Source of the DNA: a bacterium
GTDB taxonomy: Bacteria; Patescibacteriota; Minisyncoccia; Phycocordibacterales; Phycocordibacteraceae
Assembly (NCBI GenBank): GCA_021784815.1
Contig: JAJYHK010000011.1
Coordinates: 10,954-74,953 of the forward strand
DNA length: 64,000 nucleotides
Direction of reading: 5' to 3'
The notes under the pieces: generated by a model
What the model saw: only the letters and a program-made list of their open reading frames with translations
What the model was told of the DNA's origin: nothing
Databases searched by the model: none
Shown: piece after piece, positions 8,976 through 18,421 of the stretch
Layout: every line of letters begins with the position of its first letter
Position numbering within the stretch: position 1 is the first letter of the stretch
Translations under genes and position numbers: made by a program

Positions 8976-10121
8976 TTAGCGGTCGAGTGCTTGAATACCG
9001 GGCAGCATTCCGTGGACAAGTAGGTCGAGCATCGCGCCGCCGCCGGTCGAGACGAAAGAAAAGCGTGCAAGGAGTCCGAGGCCCTCAATCGAGGCGATGG
9101 TGTCCCCGCCGCCGATCACCGAGTATGCGCCGCTGTGCGCGACCGTCTTGGCGAAATCATCAGTGGCCTCACCAAAGCCGTTTTCATAGTTGCCGACCGG
9201 GCCGTTCCAGAGCACGGTCTTCGCCTCGCGCGCGAGCGCTGCAAGGCGAGCGCTCGTCTCGGGGCCGATGTCGAGAATGCGCTCATCCTCACGTACCGCG
9301 TTAACGGAGACGGTGCGCGCCTGCACAGGCGCGTTCGGCGCGCGTGCTGCAACGACGCGCACGTCCGCTGGCAGGACAAGTCTCGGGTTACGGAGCAGCG
9401 AACGGACACCCGCATCGTCATCGGTTGAAATGAGAGAATCGCCGATCGGCATGCCGGACGCCTTCAGAAAATCATTCGCGAGCGCGCCGCCGACAAAGAC
9501 ATGATCGTAGGCGGCAAGGAGCGCGTTTAGGACAGGCTCCTTCGTTGAGAACTTCGCACCGCCGACAACGGCGAGCGCCGGGCGCTCGGGTCGCCGCGCT
9601 CTCAATAGCACCGAGAACTCCTCTTCCACGACAAGACCGGCGTACGAGGGCAAATACTGCGGGACGCCGACAATCGAGGCATGCGCGCGGTGGCAGGTAT
9701 CAAAGGAATCCTGAACGAACACGTCTGCGAGCGCAGCGAGCGCTTTGGCGAAAGCCGGATCGTTCGCTTTTTCTCCTGCATTGCGGCGGAGGTTCTCGAG
9801 CACGAGCACGTCTCCAGGAAGGAGGTTGCGTATCGCGCTGCGCGCCTCGGCATCGATGGTCGAGGGACAGAAGGAAACGTTTCGTGTGAGCTTCTTGAGC
9901 GCGTCGACCACCGGTGCGAGCGTCTCGGTCCCCTTCTCGCCGATATGGCTAATGAGAACGACCCGCGCTCCGCGCTTCGCGAGGAACTCGATGGTCGGGA
10001 TGGCCCGGCGCAGACGATAATCGTTCGCGACAGCGTCGTTCTCGATCGGCACATTGAGCGCCGCGCGCACGAGTACGGGAACGCCTTCAAGGGTGGGGAT
10101 GTCGCGGACGGAACGAATCAT
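8976..10121 (-). CDS. pgk: phosphoglycerate kinase
   Basis: 381 aa; the N-terminal region matches PGK (VLVRAALNVPIENDAVANDYRLRRAIPTIEFLAKRGARVVLISHIGEKG...). Confidence 0.9.
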   Translation of the reverse strand: MIRSVRDIPTLEGVPVLVRAALNVPIENDAVANDYRLRRAIPTIEFLAKRGARVVLISHIGEKGTETLAPVVDALKKLTRNVSFCPSTIDAEARSAIRNLLPGDVLVLENLRRNAGEKANDPAFAKALAALADVFVQDSFDTCHRAHASIVGVPQYLPSYAGLVVEEEFSVLLRARRPERPALAVVGGAKFSTKEPVLNALLAAYDHVFVGGALANDFLKASGMPIGDSLISTDDDAGVRSLLRNPRLVLPADVRVVAARAPNAPVQARTVSVNAVREDERILDIGPETSARLAALAREAKTVLWNGPVGNYENGFGEATDDFAKTVAHSGAYSVIGGGDTIASIEGLGLLARFSFVSTGGGAMLDLLVHGMLPGIQALDR

Positions 10122-10861
10122 GAAAGCGCCTTGGCGAGTGATTGAAACGATGGCGGATCAATCGAAGCGTGGCCGACGAGGAATCCGTCGACCTGTGACT
10201 GCGCCGCAAGGGCGCGAATATTTGCCGGTTCGACCGAGCCGCCATAAAGGATGCGCGCGTTGGTAGCCGCTTTGCCGGGGAGGAATTGAGCGAGCACTTT
10301 GCGGATATAGAGCACCATTTCGGCGAGTTCCTCGGGACGCATCGCGTCTGCGGCCCCCTTCCCGATTGCCCAGATCGGTTCATAGGCAAGCACGACGCGC
10401 TGGCGCTCCTTCGCCGAAAGCGGCGCAAACGCGGTCTCGAGTTCTTCCCGAAGGAGCGAGAGATAGCGGCTTTCCTCATCGCGCTCGCGCTCGCCGATGC
10501 AGAGGATGGGGGTGAGTCCTTGCGCAAGCGCGTGGGCAAGCTTTTCGGCAACGATCGCGTTCGTGTCGCCCAGGGCGCGGCGCTCCGAGTGGCCGATAAT
10601 CGCAAAAGTCGCTCCTGCCGCCGCGTATGCCTGCGCCGTGTTTTCGCCGGTCTGCGCGCCGCCGGTGGTATGGGAGACATCCTGCGCGGCAAAGGCGAGT
10701 GCGGAGCGGTTGCCGCTCGCAAGGAGACTGAGGAATATGCCCGGCGGCGCAATGATGATCTGGTGGATACCGCCCCGTGCGAGACGCTTGCCGGTTGCGA
10801 CGAGCTTTTTCGCGCGCTCGATGTCTTCGACGTAGGCTTTCCAGTTTGCGGCAATGATCAT
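10118..10861 (-). CDS. tpiA: triosephosphate isomerase
   Basis: MIIAANWKAY...AIIGHSERR...AYEPIWAIGKG...YGGSV. ATG at 10861 checked. Overlaps the pgk start by 4 nt. Confidence 0.85.
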   Translation of the reverse strand: MIIAANWKAYVEDIERAKKLVATGKRLARGGIHQIIIAPPGIFLSLLASGNRSALAFAAQDVSHTTGGAQTGENTAQAYAAAGATFAIIGHSERRALGDTNAIVAEKLAHALAQGLTPILCIGERERDEESRYLSLLREELETAFAPLSAKERQRVVLAYEPIWAIGKGAADAMRPEELAEMVLYIRKVLAQFLPGKAATNARILYGGSVEPANIRALAAQSQVDGFLVGHASIDPPSFQSLAKALS

Positions 10862-10911
10862 TGCCTTGAGTATAGCAGCCGAGGGTAGCGTAAGGAGGCT
10901 CGACGCGGTCC

Positions 10912-12327
10912 CTACTCTTGTCGCCAGTCGACGAACTGCCACTGTGTCGAGGTGACGGGCGTAAAGGGGGGCGGATTCGTTGAATTTTGACGATCGAAGG
11001 CGGAGGTGCCATTCGAGTAGCCGGACCATCCGGAACAGCCGCCGCCGCCGCCGTACCACCAGTAGGTAATCGGCCGCATAGAAGAGACGATCGTACCGAG
11101 TATGTCGAGGGTCGACTTGCTGCCGTACGCGCTGCATGGGTACATGTTCATCCCGAACGCGCCCGATTGGGCGACAAATATGCCATCGAGGGTGAGGTCG
11201 GCGGGCGCCGTGGGATTAATGAGGACGCTGTGTGATGCGATTGCTGTGAGGCCTGAGGTGCCATCAAAGGCCGTGTAAGTGAGGTTGTTGGTGAGCTGAA
11301 TGTTCGGGTAGACGCCCGGTGTCGTCACGTTTGCGGCGACGACCGTCACTTTCCCCGAGATGGACCCCTCCATCCATACATTATCTTCGACAAAAATGAG
11401 GCCGCAGTTCGCCGGGATGGTGTAGGTGCCGAGCAGGGTTTCTGCGGTAATGAGCCCGTAGTCCTGCTTGTTATAGCCGTAAACCCCGTCAACGGGATAC
11501 GAGCGGATGCTCTTGCTCACGTCGGTCACCTTGTAGACGGTGACCGTGCCGTCGCCATTAAAGACGAGATGGTAGCCGAGATAGTACTGCTTCGAAGTCG
11601 AAATGCGCGGGAAGTAGAGTCCTTCGCTCTGGGCGACCGACTTAAGTGAGGAGAAGTTCGAGGCAATCGCGGCAAAATCGGTCTGCGGGGTCGGGTAGCT
11701 CCAGAGGTCTTGATTGGTACCGCTGCCGAAGACGCCCGGCTCGGTCTGGTTCCCTTGGCAGCCGTAGCTCGGATCGCAGGTCCATGTCGTAACCGAAGAG
11801 GTGACCGGCGCGTTTGGGTTGCCGTCCATGCGAATGCCACCGTTGCTGTGGACGGGCCCGTAAATAGGACCGCCCCCGAACCAGACGCTTGAATTGAGTA
11901 TCATGTTGTAGCGCGCGACCGAGGGCTGGGCGTAGCGCGCCCAGAGCGTCGCCGATACATTGGGAGCGTCGGCGGGGACGCCCTTGCTCGTCACGTCGAT
12001 TGACTGCACGGCATTGCATGCTTCGTTGCCGACGACCGAGAGCGTGTACGTGCCCGCGTTCTGCCCTTCTCCGTTCACATAGGGAACGATAAAGGGGCCG
12101 TTGTGGCCAGTGTGATCCTGGGTATCGCCCGGGTAGTGCGAGAGAAGCCAGCGGTAGTACTCGAGCCCGGCTTCCGCGATGTTAAACGCCTCGGATTGCG
12201 CGCGGACGAACTCCTGCGCGCGATTTTGCTCGAGCACGAATCCGGAGAGGCCGACAATCACCGCAAAAAAGACGGCGCCAAAAACGAGAACAAGCAGCAT
12301 GACAGAGCCTCCGCGATAGCGTTTCAT
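10912..12327 (-). CDS. PilX-N-like large pilus-associated protein (TM anchor plus Gly/Thr-rich secreted domain)
   Basis: N-terminus RGGSVMLLVLVFGAVFFAVIVGLSG resembles the PilX N-terminal domain. Last gene of the minus-strand pilus operon. Confidence 0.45.
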   Translation of the reverse strand: MKRYRGGSVMLLVLVFGAVFFAVIVGLSGFVLEQNRAQEFVRAQSEAFNIAEAGLEYYRWLLSHYPGDTQDHTGHNGPFIVPYVNGEGQNAGTYTLSVVGNEACNAVQSIDVTSKGVPADAPNVSATLWARYAQPSVARYNMILNSSVWFGGGPIYGPVHSNGGIRMDGNPNAPVTSSVTTWTCDPSYGCQGNQTEPGVFGSGTNQDLWSYPTPQTDFAAIASNFSSLKSVAQSEGLYFPRISTSKQYYLGYHLVFNGDGTVTVYKVTDVSKSIRSYPVDGVYGYNKQDYGLITAETLLGTYTIPANCGLIFVEDNVWMEGSISGKVTVVAANVTTPGVYPNIQLTNNLTYTAFDGTSGLTAIASHSVLINPTAPADLTLDGIFVAQSGAFGMNMYPCSAYGSKSTLDILGTIVSSMRPITYWWYGGGGGCSGWSGYSNGTSAFDRQNSTNPPPFTPVTSTQWQFVDWRQE

Positions 12328-12950
12328 AATTGCGCTTTGAGGTTACGGAGCGTCGCGCCCGCGGAGATCGTATAAGTGACGGGCGCGCGATTCACGTTGA
12401 CGTCAATCTGGAGCGTGGTTTCCACCGAGGCAATCCTGGATACGTTAATGGGTGCAGTGAGCTCGGTCCCGCTTGCGTCATAGAAGGTAAAGACGGGGGT
12501 CGATGTGCCATTGACCACCGAAGTCGCGATGGTTGAGGTTGCGGAGAGAGCACCCGCGTAGGTAGGAGGACTGCCTGCGGGTTCCGCGATGCCCCGATAG
12601 AGCGTGCCGCCGACGAGCTCGTAGGTAACGCGTTCGATTTCGGGCGAACTGTTGACGTTAGCGTAGAAGACGAGCGTTGACGTACCTGCGCTCCCGATCG
12701 GATAGGAACCATCGCTCCCATAGGATGCCTCGCGGAGATAGCGCATGGCGTCCTCGACGCCGCGCCGTCCTTGTTCTGAGGCAATGGACTGCTGAAGCGT
12801 GAAAGCATTCGTCTTATAGAAGTACACGATGAGCATACTGAGCGCGCCCATGACGAGCACGGTCATCGCGATGGTTACCATCATTTCAATAAGCGTAAAT
12901 CCGCGCGCCGGGCGGTCGGCATTCAGTCGGGCGGTCGGCGGACGGGTCAT
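12324..12950 (-). CDS. prepilin-type N-terminal cleavage/methylation domain protein (minor pilin/pseudopilin)
   Basis: ARGFTLIEMMVTIAM prepilin motif. ATG at 12950 forms an ATGA overlap with the upstream gene. Confidence 0.6.
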   Translation of the reverse strand: MTRPPTARLNADRPARGFTLIEMMVTIAMTVLVMGALSMLIVYFYKTNAFTLQQSIASEQGRRGVEDAMRYLREASYGSDGSYPIGSAGTSTLVFYANVNSSPEIERVTYELVGGTLYRGIAEPAGSPPTYAGALSATSTIATSVVNGTSTPVFTFYDASGTELTAPINVSRIASVETTLQIDVNVNRAPVTYTISAGATLRNLKAQL

Positions 12951-14683
12951 TGTAGGGAGAGAGAGACGGTTGTCGTCGCTTGCCCCGAAATAGGCAGGTT
13001 GAGGTCGCTCATGGTCGTATAGCCTGGTGCAGAGGTGACGAGCGAGTACGTGCCAGGAGCGATCGCGGCAAAATAGGCGACGCCGCATGCATCGGTCGGA
13101 AGCGCCGCGGCGAAGCTGGGACTGCTGAGGACGACCCGCGCGTTGCCGATGGCGCCACCCTGGGTGTTCATTACCGTGACGCCGAGCGAGGCGTTGCCGA
13201 GACTTCCTTGTACGAGCTTAGTCGACGTCGCCGAGCCCGGTGCCAGCTGGTACGGACCTGGTGGGCAGCTCTCGAGCACGGTCGTGCTTGCGGAGAGCGT
13301 GTAGGCGTCCCATTCGAGCGTCTCCGTTACAGATCCGGTCGATCCGGTTATACCCGTAACTTGGGTCTTGTACAGGGGTGCGCTGCTCGCGGTCGAACCG
13401 ATCGTCTTAGTGCCGGTGAGCAGGAAACGGCTGTTAGGAAAGGGTTCGGGCCCCTGCGTGTGCGAAAGCGACCAGGAGCGCAGGTCCGGATTTGTCGAGG
13501 TCGACGAGCGCGAGAGCGTTGCGGAAAGCGCGAGGGTCGGGTAGCTCGTCGTCGAAACGCCGATAAGCGAAACCGGGAAGGAGCTGAAGCCGGTGCTGTT
13601 CCCCGCGAGCACGGAATCCGGCAGCAGATTGCCGGAAGCGTCAAGTACCCGGACAACGACGCTCGCGCCGCTCGGCGTCGAAAGCGAGGCGTTCAAGAGC
13701 CCCCAACTATCGAGGTAGCTCGGCGAAATGGGTATGGACTGAACGGAACCGGACAGGGCGCCTGATGCGAGCTGTACGGAACCGTCGGATACGATCGCGT
13801 TCTTTTCGCCGGCAAGGTTCGCCGTGCTCGCGAAGCTGTCGGAAAAAACGGTGGTCGTCGCCGGCGAGAACGAAGAGATAATAAGGGTCGCGAGCCGGTC
13901 AATCGCGAACGTGCTCGTCGTCGTTTGATCCTGACGCACCGTGAGAAATCCCGGCGTCGGGTTGACGTTAATCGCGGTCCGCGGGTAGGTTTGTGCGCTC
14001 GAGTCGCCCGATTTCGACACATATATTTGGTAATCCGGGGAGCTCGTGGCGCCGCCGATCGATACCATACCGCTGCTGTCGGTAAGCGTGGTGAAGTCGA
14101 TAGCCGGCGAGGTCGATGCGTTCACGATCCGGACGCTCGCGCCGCTCACCGCGTTGTCGGAGGCGTCGACAACGTGGATGTCGAGCGTGCCTCCCGCGGT
14201 GTTGCTTTCAATCCCAGGCGGCGCAAAGTTCGATGCGAGCGTCACTAAGCGCGGGAACCCGCCGGCGGCGTAGGAAACCGATACGACCGCCTTCTTGTAG
14301 TCGGTCGTGATGCCGTTTGTGTCGGCGGTCCCCGTTCCGTCGGCGGGATCGTCGTAGTAATCAATAAAGGTATGTACGACATAGGGCGCGCCGTCTACGG
14401 TCGAGGTGGCGTACTGCGGAACGAATCCTGAAGGGATGCCGCCCTGCGTGCCGAGCGCCTCGTAATTAAGGCCACGGAGGTACTCCATCTGGGTATTCGC
14501 AACCTCGACTGCGGTCGCTTCGGCCTGGTCAATGGCGGAGAGCGAGAGCGAGGCGCGCAGGGCGCCGAAGAGCGCGAGGAAGACGACAAGGAGAAGAGCG
14601 CTGCCCACGAGGACGTCGATGAGCGTCATGCCCGACGCGATCGGTGCCCGCCCTCCTCGCTGCCGTTCTCTCGAGAGGCTCAT
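12947..14683 (-). CDS. large pseudopilin-like protein (prepilin-like N-terminus plus about 540-aa Ser/Thr-rich beta-rich domain)
   Basis: Leader MSLSRERQRGGRAPIASG then MTLIDVLVGSALLLVVFLALFGAL (class III signal-like); 578 aa. Confidence 0.55.
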   Translation of the reverse strand: MSLSRERQRGGRAPIASGMTLIDVLVGSALLLVVFLALFGALRASLSLSAIDQAEATAVEVANTQMEYLRGLNYEALGTQGGIPSGFVPQYATSTVDGAPYVVHTFIDYYDDPADGTGTADTNGITTDYKKAVVSVSYAAGGFPRLVTLASNFAPPGIESNTAGGTLDIHVVDASDNAVSGASVRIVNASTSPAIDFTTLTDSSGMVSIGGATSSPDYQIYVSKSGDSSAQTYPRTAINVNPTPGFLTVRQDQTTTSTFAIDRLATLIISSFSPATTTVFSDSFASTANLAGEKNAIVSDGSVQLASGALSGSVQSIPISPSYLDSWGLLNASLSTPSGASVVVRVLDASGNLLPDSVLAGNSTGFSSFPVSLIGVSTTSYPTLALSATLSRSSTSTNPDLRSWSLSHTQGPEPFPNSRFLLTGTKTIGSTASSAPLYKTQVTGITGSTGSVTETLEWDAYTLSASTTVLESCPPGPYQLAPGSATSTKLVQGSLGNASLGVTVMNTQGGAIGNARVVLSSPSFAAALPTDACGVAYFAAIAPGTYSLVTSAPGYTTMSDLNLPISGQATTTVSLSLQ

Positions 14684-15892
14684 TTAAAACGCCGAAGAGA
14701 GCTGGTAAATAGGCGCGATCATCGCAACCGCGAAGATGCCGACCATGGTGCCGATGAAGAGCATGAGGAGCGGCTCGATAATGGTCGAGAGGTCCTTCGT
14801 CTTTTCGGCGACGTCATTCTCGTAAAATTCGGCGATCTGTCCGAGCATCTGGGCAACCTTTCCGGTCTCCTCACCGACCGAGAGCATGTCGCTCATGAGG
14901 AGCGGGTACACGTTTGGATGCGCCGCAAATGCGCTCGAGAGCGGCTCGCCCTTGCGCACCCCGGTCTCCGCTTCCTCGATGATGTTCGCAAAGAGCGGCG
15001 CGTGAACGACCGCTTTGGTGATCGAGAGCGCCTCAAGTACCGGCACGCCGGCGGAGAGGAGCGAAGAGAGCGTGCGCGCGGCGCGCGCGGCGTAGGTCTC
15101 GCGAACGAGTTCGCCGATTGCCGGCATGAGAAGCGATGCTCTGAGGACGAGCGCGCTGCCGCGCGCCGAACGTATGAACGCGATACCGCCGCCCACGACG
15201 CCAACGAGAACGAGGAGCGTGAGGGCAACGTTGTTTATGAGCATGTTCGAAATGGCGACGATGACGCGGGTTGCCAAGGGCACCTTTACATGAAGCGAGA
15301 CAAAGGTCTTTGTGAGCACCGGTACGACGTACATGAGCATCAAGATAGCGATAATGATGACCGCAGAAATCACGATGGAGGGATAAATCATCGCGCCCTT
15401 TACCTTACGGATGAGCTCGGACGTATGCTCCATCTGGATACCGACCGTGTTGAGCGCCTCGGCGAGGCTTCCCGACTCCTCGCCCGCTTGTGCCATGGAA
15501 ATGAAGAGCGGCGGGAACACCTTCGGGTACTGCGCGAGCGCCTCATGAAAACTCGAGCCTTTTTCGACCGTTTGAGCGAGGTGCGCGGTTACTTCTGCCA
15601 TTTTACGCTTGCCGGACTGGCGCTGAATGACCGCGAGCGAGCGCGAGAGCGAGAGGCCGGCTGAGAGCATGGCGGAGAGATTCTTCGCCATGCGGATGAC
15701 TTCGGCGTTTTTCACGCCCGTACCGAGCGTCGCATGGAGGAGTGAGGACAGTTTAGTCGCGTTGCTTTCGGTGAGCCCGACGACCGTGCCGCCGTCCTTT
15801 TGAACTTGTTCGTACACCGCAAAACGCGAGGGCGCGTCGATCGTACGCGTCTCTTCCCCGCCGCTCGTGCGAACCGTCACGCGGAACCTCAT
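14684..15892 (-). CDS. pilC: type IV pilus assembly platform protein PilC (GspF family)
   Basis: Two T2SS-F domains with three TM helices. ATG at 15892 (MRFRVTV...) checked. Confidence 0.85.
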   Translation of the reverse strand: MRFRVTVRTSGGEETRTIDAPSRFAVYEQVQKDGGTVVGLTESNATKLSSLLHATLGTGVKNAEVIRMAKNLSAMLSAGLSLSRSLAVIQRQSGKRKMAEVTAHLAQTVEKGSSFHEALAQYPKVFPPLFISMAQAGEESGSLAEALNTVGIQMEHTSELIRKVKGAMIYPSIVISAVIIIAILMLMYVVPVLTKTFVSLHVKVPLATRVIVAISNMLINNVALTLLVLVGVVGGGIAFIRSARGSALVLRASLLMPAIGELVRETYAARAARTLSSLLSAGVPVLEALSITKAVVHAPLFANIIEEAETGVRKGEPLSSAFAAHPNVYPLLMSDMLSVGEETGKVAQMLGQIAEFYENDVAEKTKDLSTIIEPLLMLFIGTMVGIFAVAMIAPIYQLSSAF

Positions 15893-16084
15893 TTCAATGG
15901 TAGCGTAGCATGCGCATGCGCGCGTAGCGCGCGTTATAAAGAGATACGCGACGGCCGCAAGCCGCCGCGCAGTCTTCTTCCCATCGCCTTTTGTTGCACC
16001 TCCCGCTTCAATCCGCAAAACCATGCTTGCGCGTTCAAGCGGGGCGGAAACGGACGATTCGATAGGTCGTCCGTTGCCCCGAGT

Positions 16085-16306
16085 TCAGGTGTAGGTCATC
16101 GGCTGGACGTCTTTTGCGGCTCGGCAGCCCGCAAAGAGCTGAGCCGCAAGTTCTGGTTCTCCGCCCGCGGACAGATACTCAGCCTGTCGGTGGAGCGCTC
16201 GCGCTTGCAACTGCCGATAACCATCTTCGGACAAGCCGAGCATGATTTCACCTGCTGGTGCGGTCGTGGTCTCGGACATTTCCCACCCATAAAGAAAAAG
16301 CATCAC
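16085..16306 (-). CDS. hypothetical small protein between pilB and pilC
   Basis: 73-aa ORF in operon orientation. No motif and no clear RBS. Confidence 0.2.
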   Translation of the reverse strand: MMLFLYGWEMSETTTAPAGEIMLGLSEDGYRQLQARALHRQAEYLSAGGEPELAAQLFAGCRAAKDVQPMTYT

Positions 16307-16409
16307 GTCCAGCCGTTCCGCCCGGACGCCCGCGGGTCTCTTTGGTGCGCCGAAGAGACAGCCTGATATTGACGCTCAGTCGCAACTATGTCAAGGGTTC
16401 GGTCGATTG

Positions 16410-18158
16410 CTATTCCGAAACGGCACGGAGCACCTCTTCGACCGAGGTGATGCCGCGCGCCGCTTTGTAGAGGCCGTCTTCAAACATGGTGAGCATGCTC
16501 TCTCTGCGCGCCTGGTCCTCAATAGCATCAGTCGTCATCTGGTGGAGCATGATTTCCTTGATCGCCGGCGATACGGCGAGGACCTCGTGGATGCCAATGC
16601 GGCCCTTGTAGCCGTCCGCGCACTCGGCGGATTCCTTAGGATGATAAAACGGCACGTCATCAATGGCGGTCCCTTTTTTGACGAGCTTCTCTTCGGTGAG
16701 CGCGTTCAGGACCGTATCAAACGATTCTTTTGGGGCGATCTTGTCGCGCTCGCTAGCGTCGAGCGCGTACTGTTCTTTACCATCACAGAATTTACGCACG
16801 AGGCGTTGGCCGACAATGATGCGGATGGTCGACGCGAGGAGGAACGGCTCGACGCCCATATCGATGAGACGCGGAATCGCGCCGGCGGCACTGTTCGTGT
16901 GGATAGTCGAGAGCACGAGGTGGCCGGTGAGTGCGGCGTTGATGGCGAGCGAGGCGGTCTCGTTATCGCGGATTTCGCCGACCATGATGATGTCCGGATC
17001 CTGGCGCACGAGGGAGCGCAGGCCTTCCGCGAAAGTAAAGCCGATCGCGGGATTTACCTGGGTTTGGTTCACGCGCTTCATTTGGTACTCGATCGGATCC
17101 TCGATCGTAGAGATGTTCACGTCGGGAGTATTCACGATGTCCATCATTGTGTAGAGGGTCGTCGTTTTGCCCGAACCGGTCGGCCCCGAAATGAGAATGA
17201 TACCGGTCGTCGTCTTGAGCGCGGCATGGATCCGTTCAAGCGTCTCGCCATGGAAGCCGAGCGCCTCAAGCGTGAAGCCGCCCCCTCCCTCGCGCAAAAG
17301 GCGCATAACGATCTTCTCGCCATAGAAGGTGGGGAGGATGGAAACGCGAAAGGAGACGCGCTCGGCTTCCGTCTCCATCTTGAAGCGGCCGTCTTGCGGC
17401 AGCCGCTTTTCGTCGAGCTTGAGGTCGGAAAGCACCTTAATGCGCGCGACGATCGCCGGAGCCGCGATCTTCGGCAGAGTCATCGCGTCGTGGAGCATGC
17501 CGTCGATGCGGTAGCGTACGAGCACCTGCCCTTCCATGGGCTCAATGTGGACGTCGGAAGCGCCCTGCACGATGGCATGGCGCAGGAGCGAGTCGACAAT
17601 ACGCACGATCGGCAGATCGTCCGCCATTTTCTTGAGATCCTCGTGTGACATCTCTCTGTTCGTTTCGTTCACGACGCGAATCTTGCCCGTCTCAGTTGCG
17701 ATAATATCGCCGAACTCGTCTTTGAGCGATTTTTGGTACTGGAGGAGCGCGACCTTGATGCTCTCGGTATCGGTGAGGCGCGGCTGAATCTTGAGGCCGG
17801 TTTTCTTGCGGACCGAGTCGATCGAGGCGAGATCGTCGACGTCCAGCATGGCGACCTCGAGCGATTCCCCACTTTTTCGAAACGCGATGATGTTGTGCGT
17901 GCGTGCGATCGGTTCGGGGATGAGCACGAGCACATCGGTCGGAATGCGCTGGTCTTTGAGGCTCACGAACGGGATGCCAAGCACATACGCCTGAATACGG
18001 CGCAGCGCGTCCTCGCTCAGGGCGCCTCGATTCACGAGGATGGTGCCCAAGGGCGCGCCGCTCTTTTTCGATTCGGCATCGGCGTCCTCGACGTCCTTGC
18101 GGGAAACGAGTCCCGAGTCAATAATAAATTCTTTGAGCTCCCCCGGTGAAACGTGCAT
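16410..18158 (-). CDS. pilB: type IV pilus assembly ATPase PilB (GspE family)
   Basis: Walker A GPTGSGKTTTLY, Asp box, His box, N-terminal T2SSE_N domain. ATG at 18158 checked. Confidence 0.9.
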   Translation of the reverse strand: MHVSPGELKEFIIDSGLVSRKDVEDADAESKKSGAPLGTILVNRGALSEDALRRIQAYVLGIPFVSLKDQRIPTDVLVLIPEPIARTHNIIAFRKSGESLEVAMLDVDDLASIDSVRKKTGLKIQPRLTDTESIKVALLQYQKSLKDEFGDIIATETGKIRVVNETNREMSHEDLKKMADDLPIVRIVDSLLRHAIVQGASDVHIEPMEGQVLVRYRIDGMLHDAMTLPKIAAPAIVARIKVLSDLKLDEKRLPQDGRFKMETEAERVSFRVSILPTFYGEKIVMRLLREGGGGFTLEALGFHGETLERIHAALKTTTGIILISGPTGSGKTTTLYTMMDIVNTPDVNISTIEDPIEYQMKRVNQTQVNPAIGFTFAEGLRSLVRQDPDIIMVGEIRDNETASLAINAALTGHLVLSTIHTNSAAGAIPRLIDMGVEPFLLASTIRIIVGQRLVRKFCDGKEQYALDASERDKIAPKESFDTVLNALTEEKLVKKGTAIDDVPFYHPKESAECADGYKGRIGIHEVLAVSPAIKEIMLHQMTTDAIEDQARRESMLTMFEDGLYKAARGITSVEEVLRAVSE

Positions 18159-18421
18159 CGTATACGAAGTATACCGAGAGTTACGCGCGGGCACTGTGTA
18201 TGTACACACATTACGCTGCATGCGTGTGAAGGCATGCTAATGAGCGCGTACCAGCCTGTGCGCCACCACCATTGACGAAGCGAGATAATGCTGGTACCTT
18301 GTGGTCAACTGGAAGACCCGCCCCGCGGGCTTTCTTTTACCCAGCACAAAAGAACCGGCGCGTCCGGTTACAATCACAGGAGTGCTGGCTTTATAAAACG
18401 TGCGCCACATACACATCCCAT

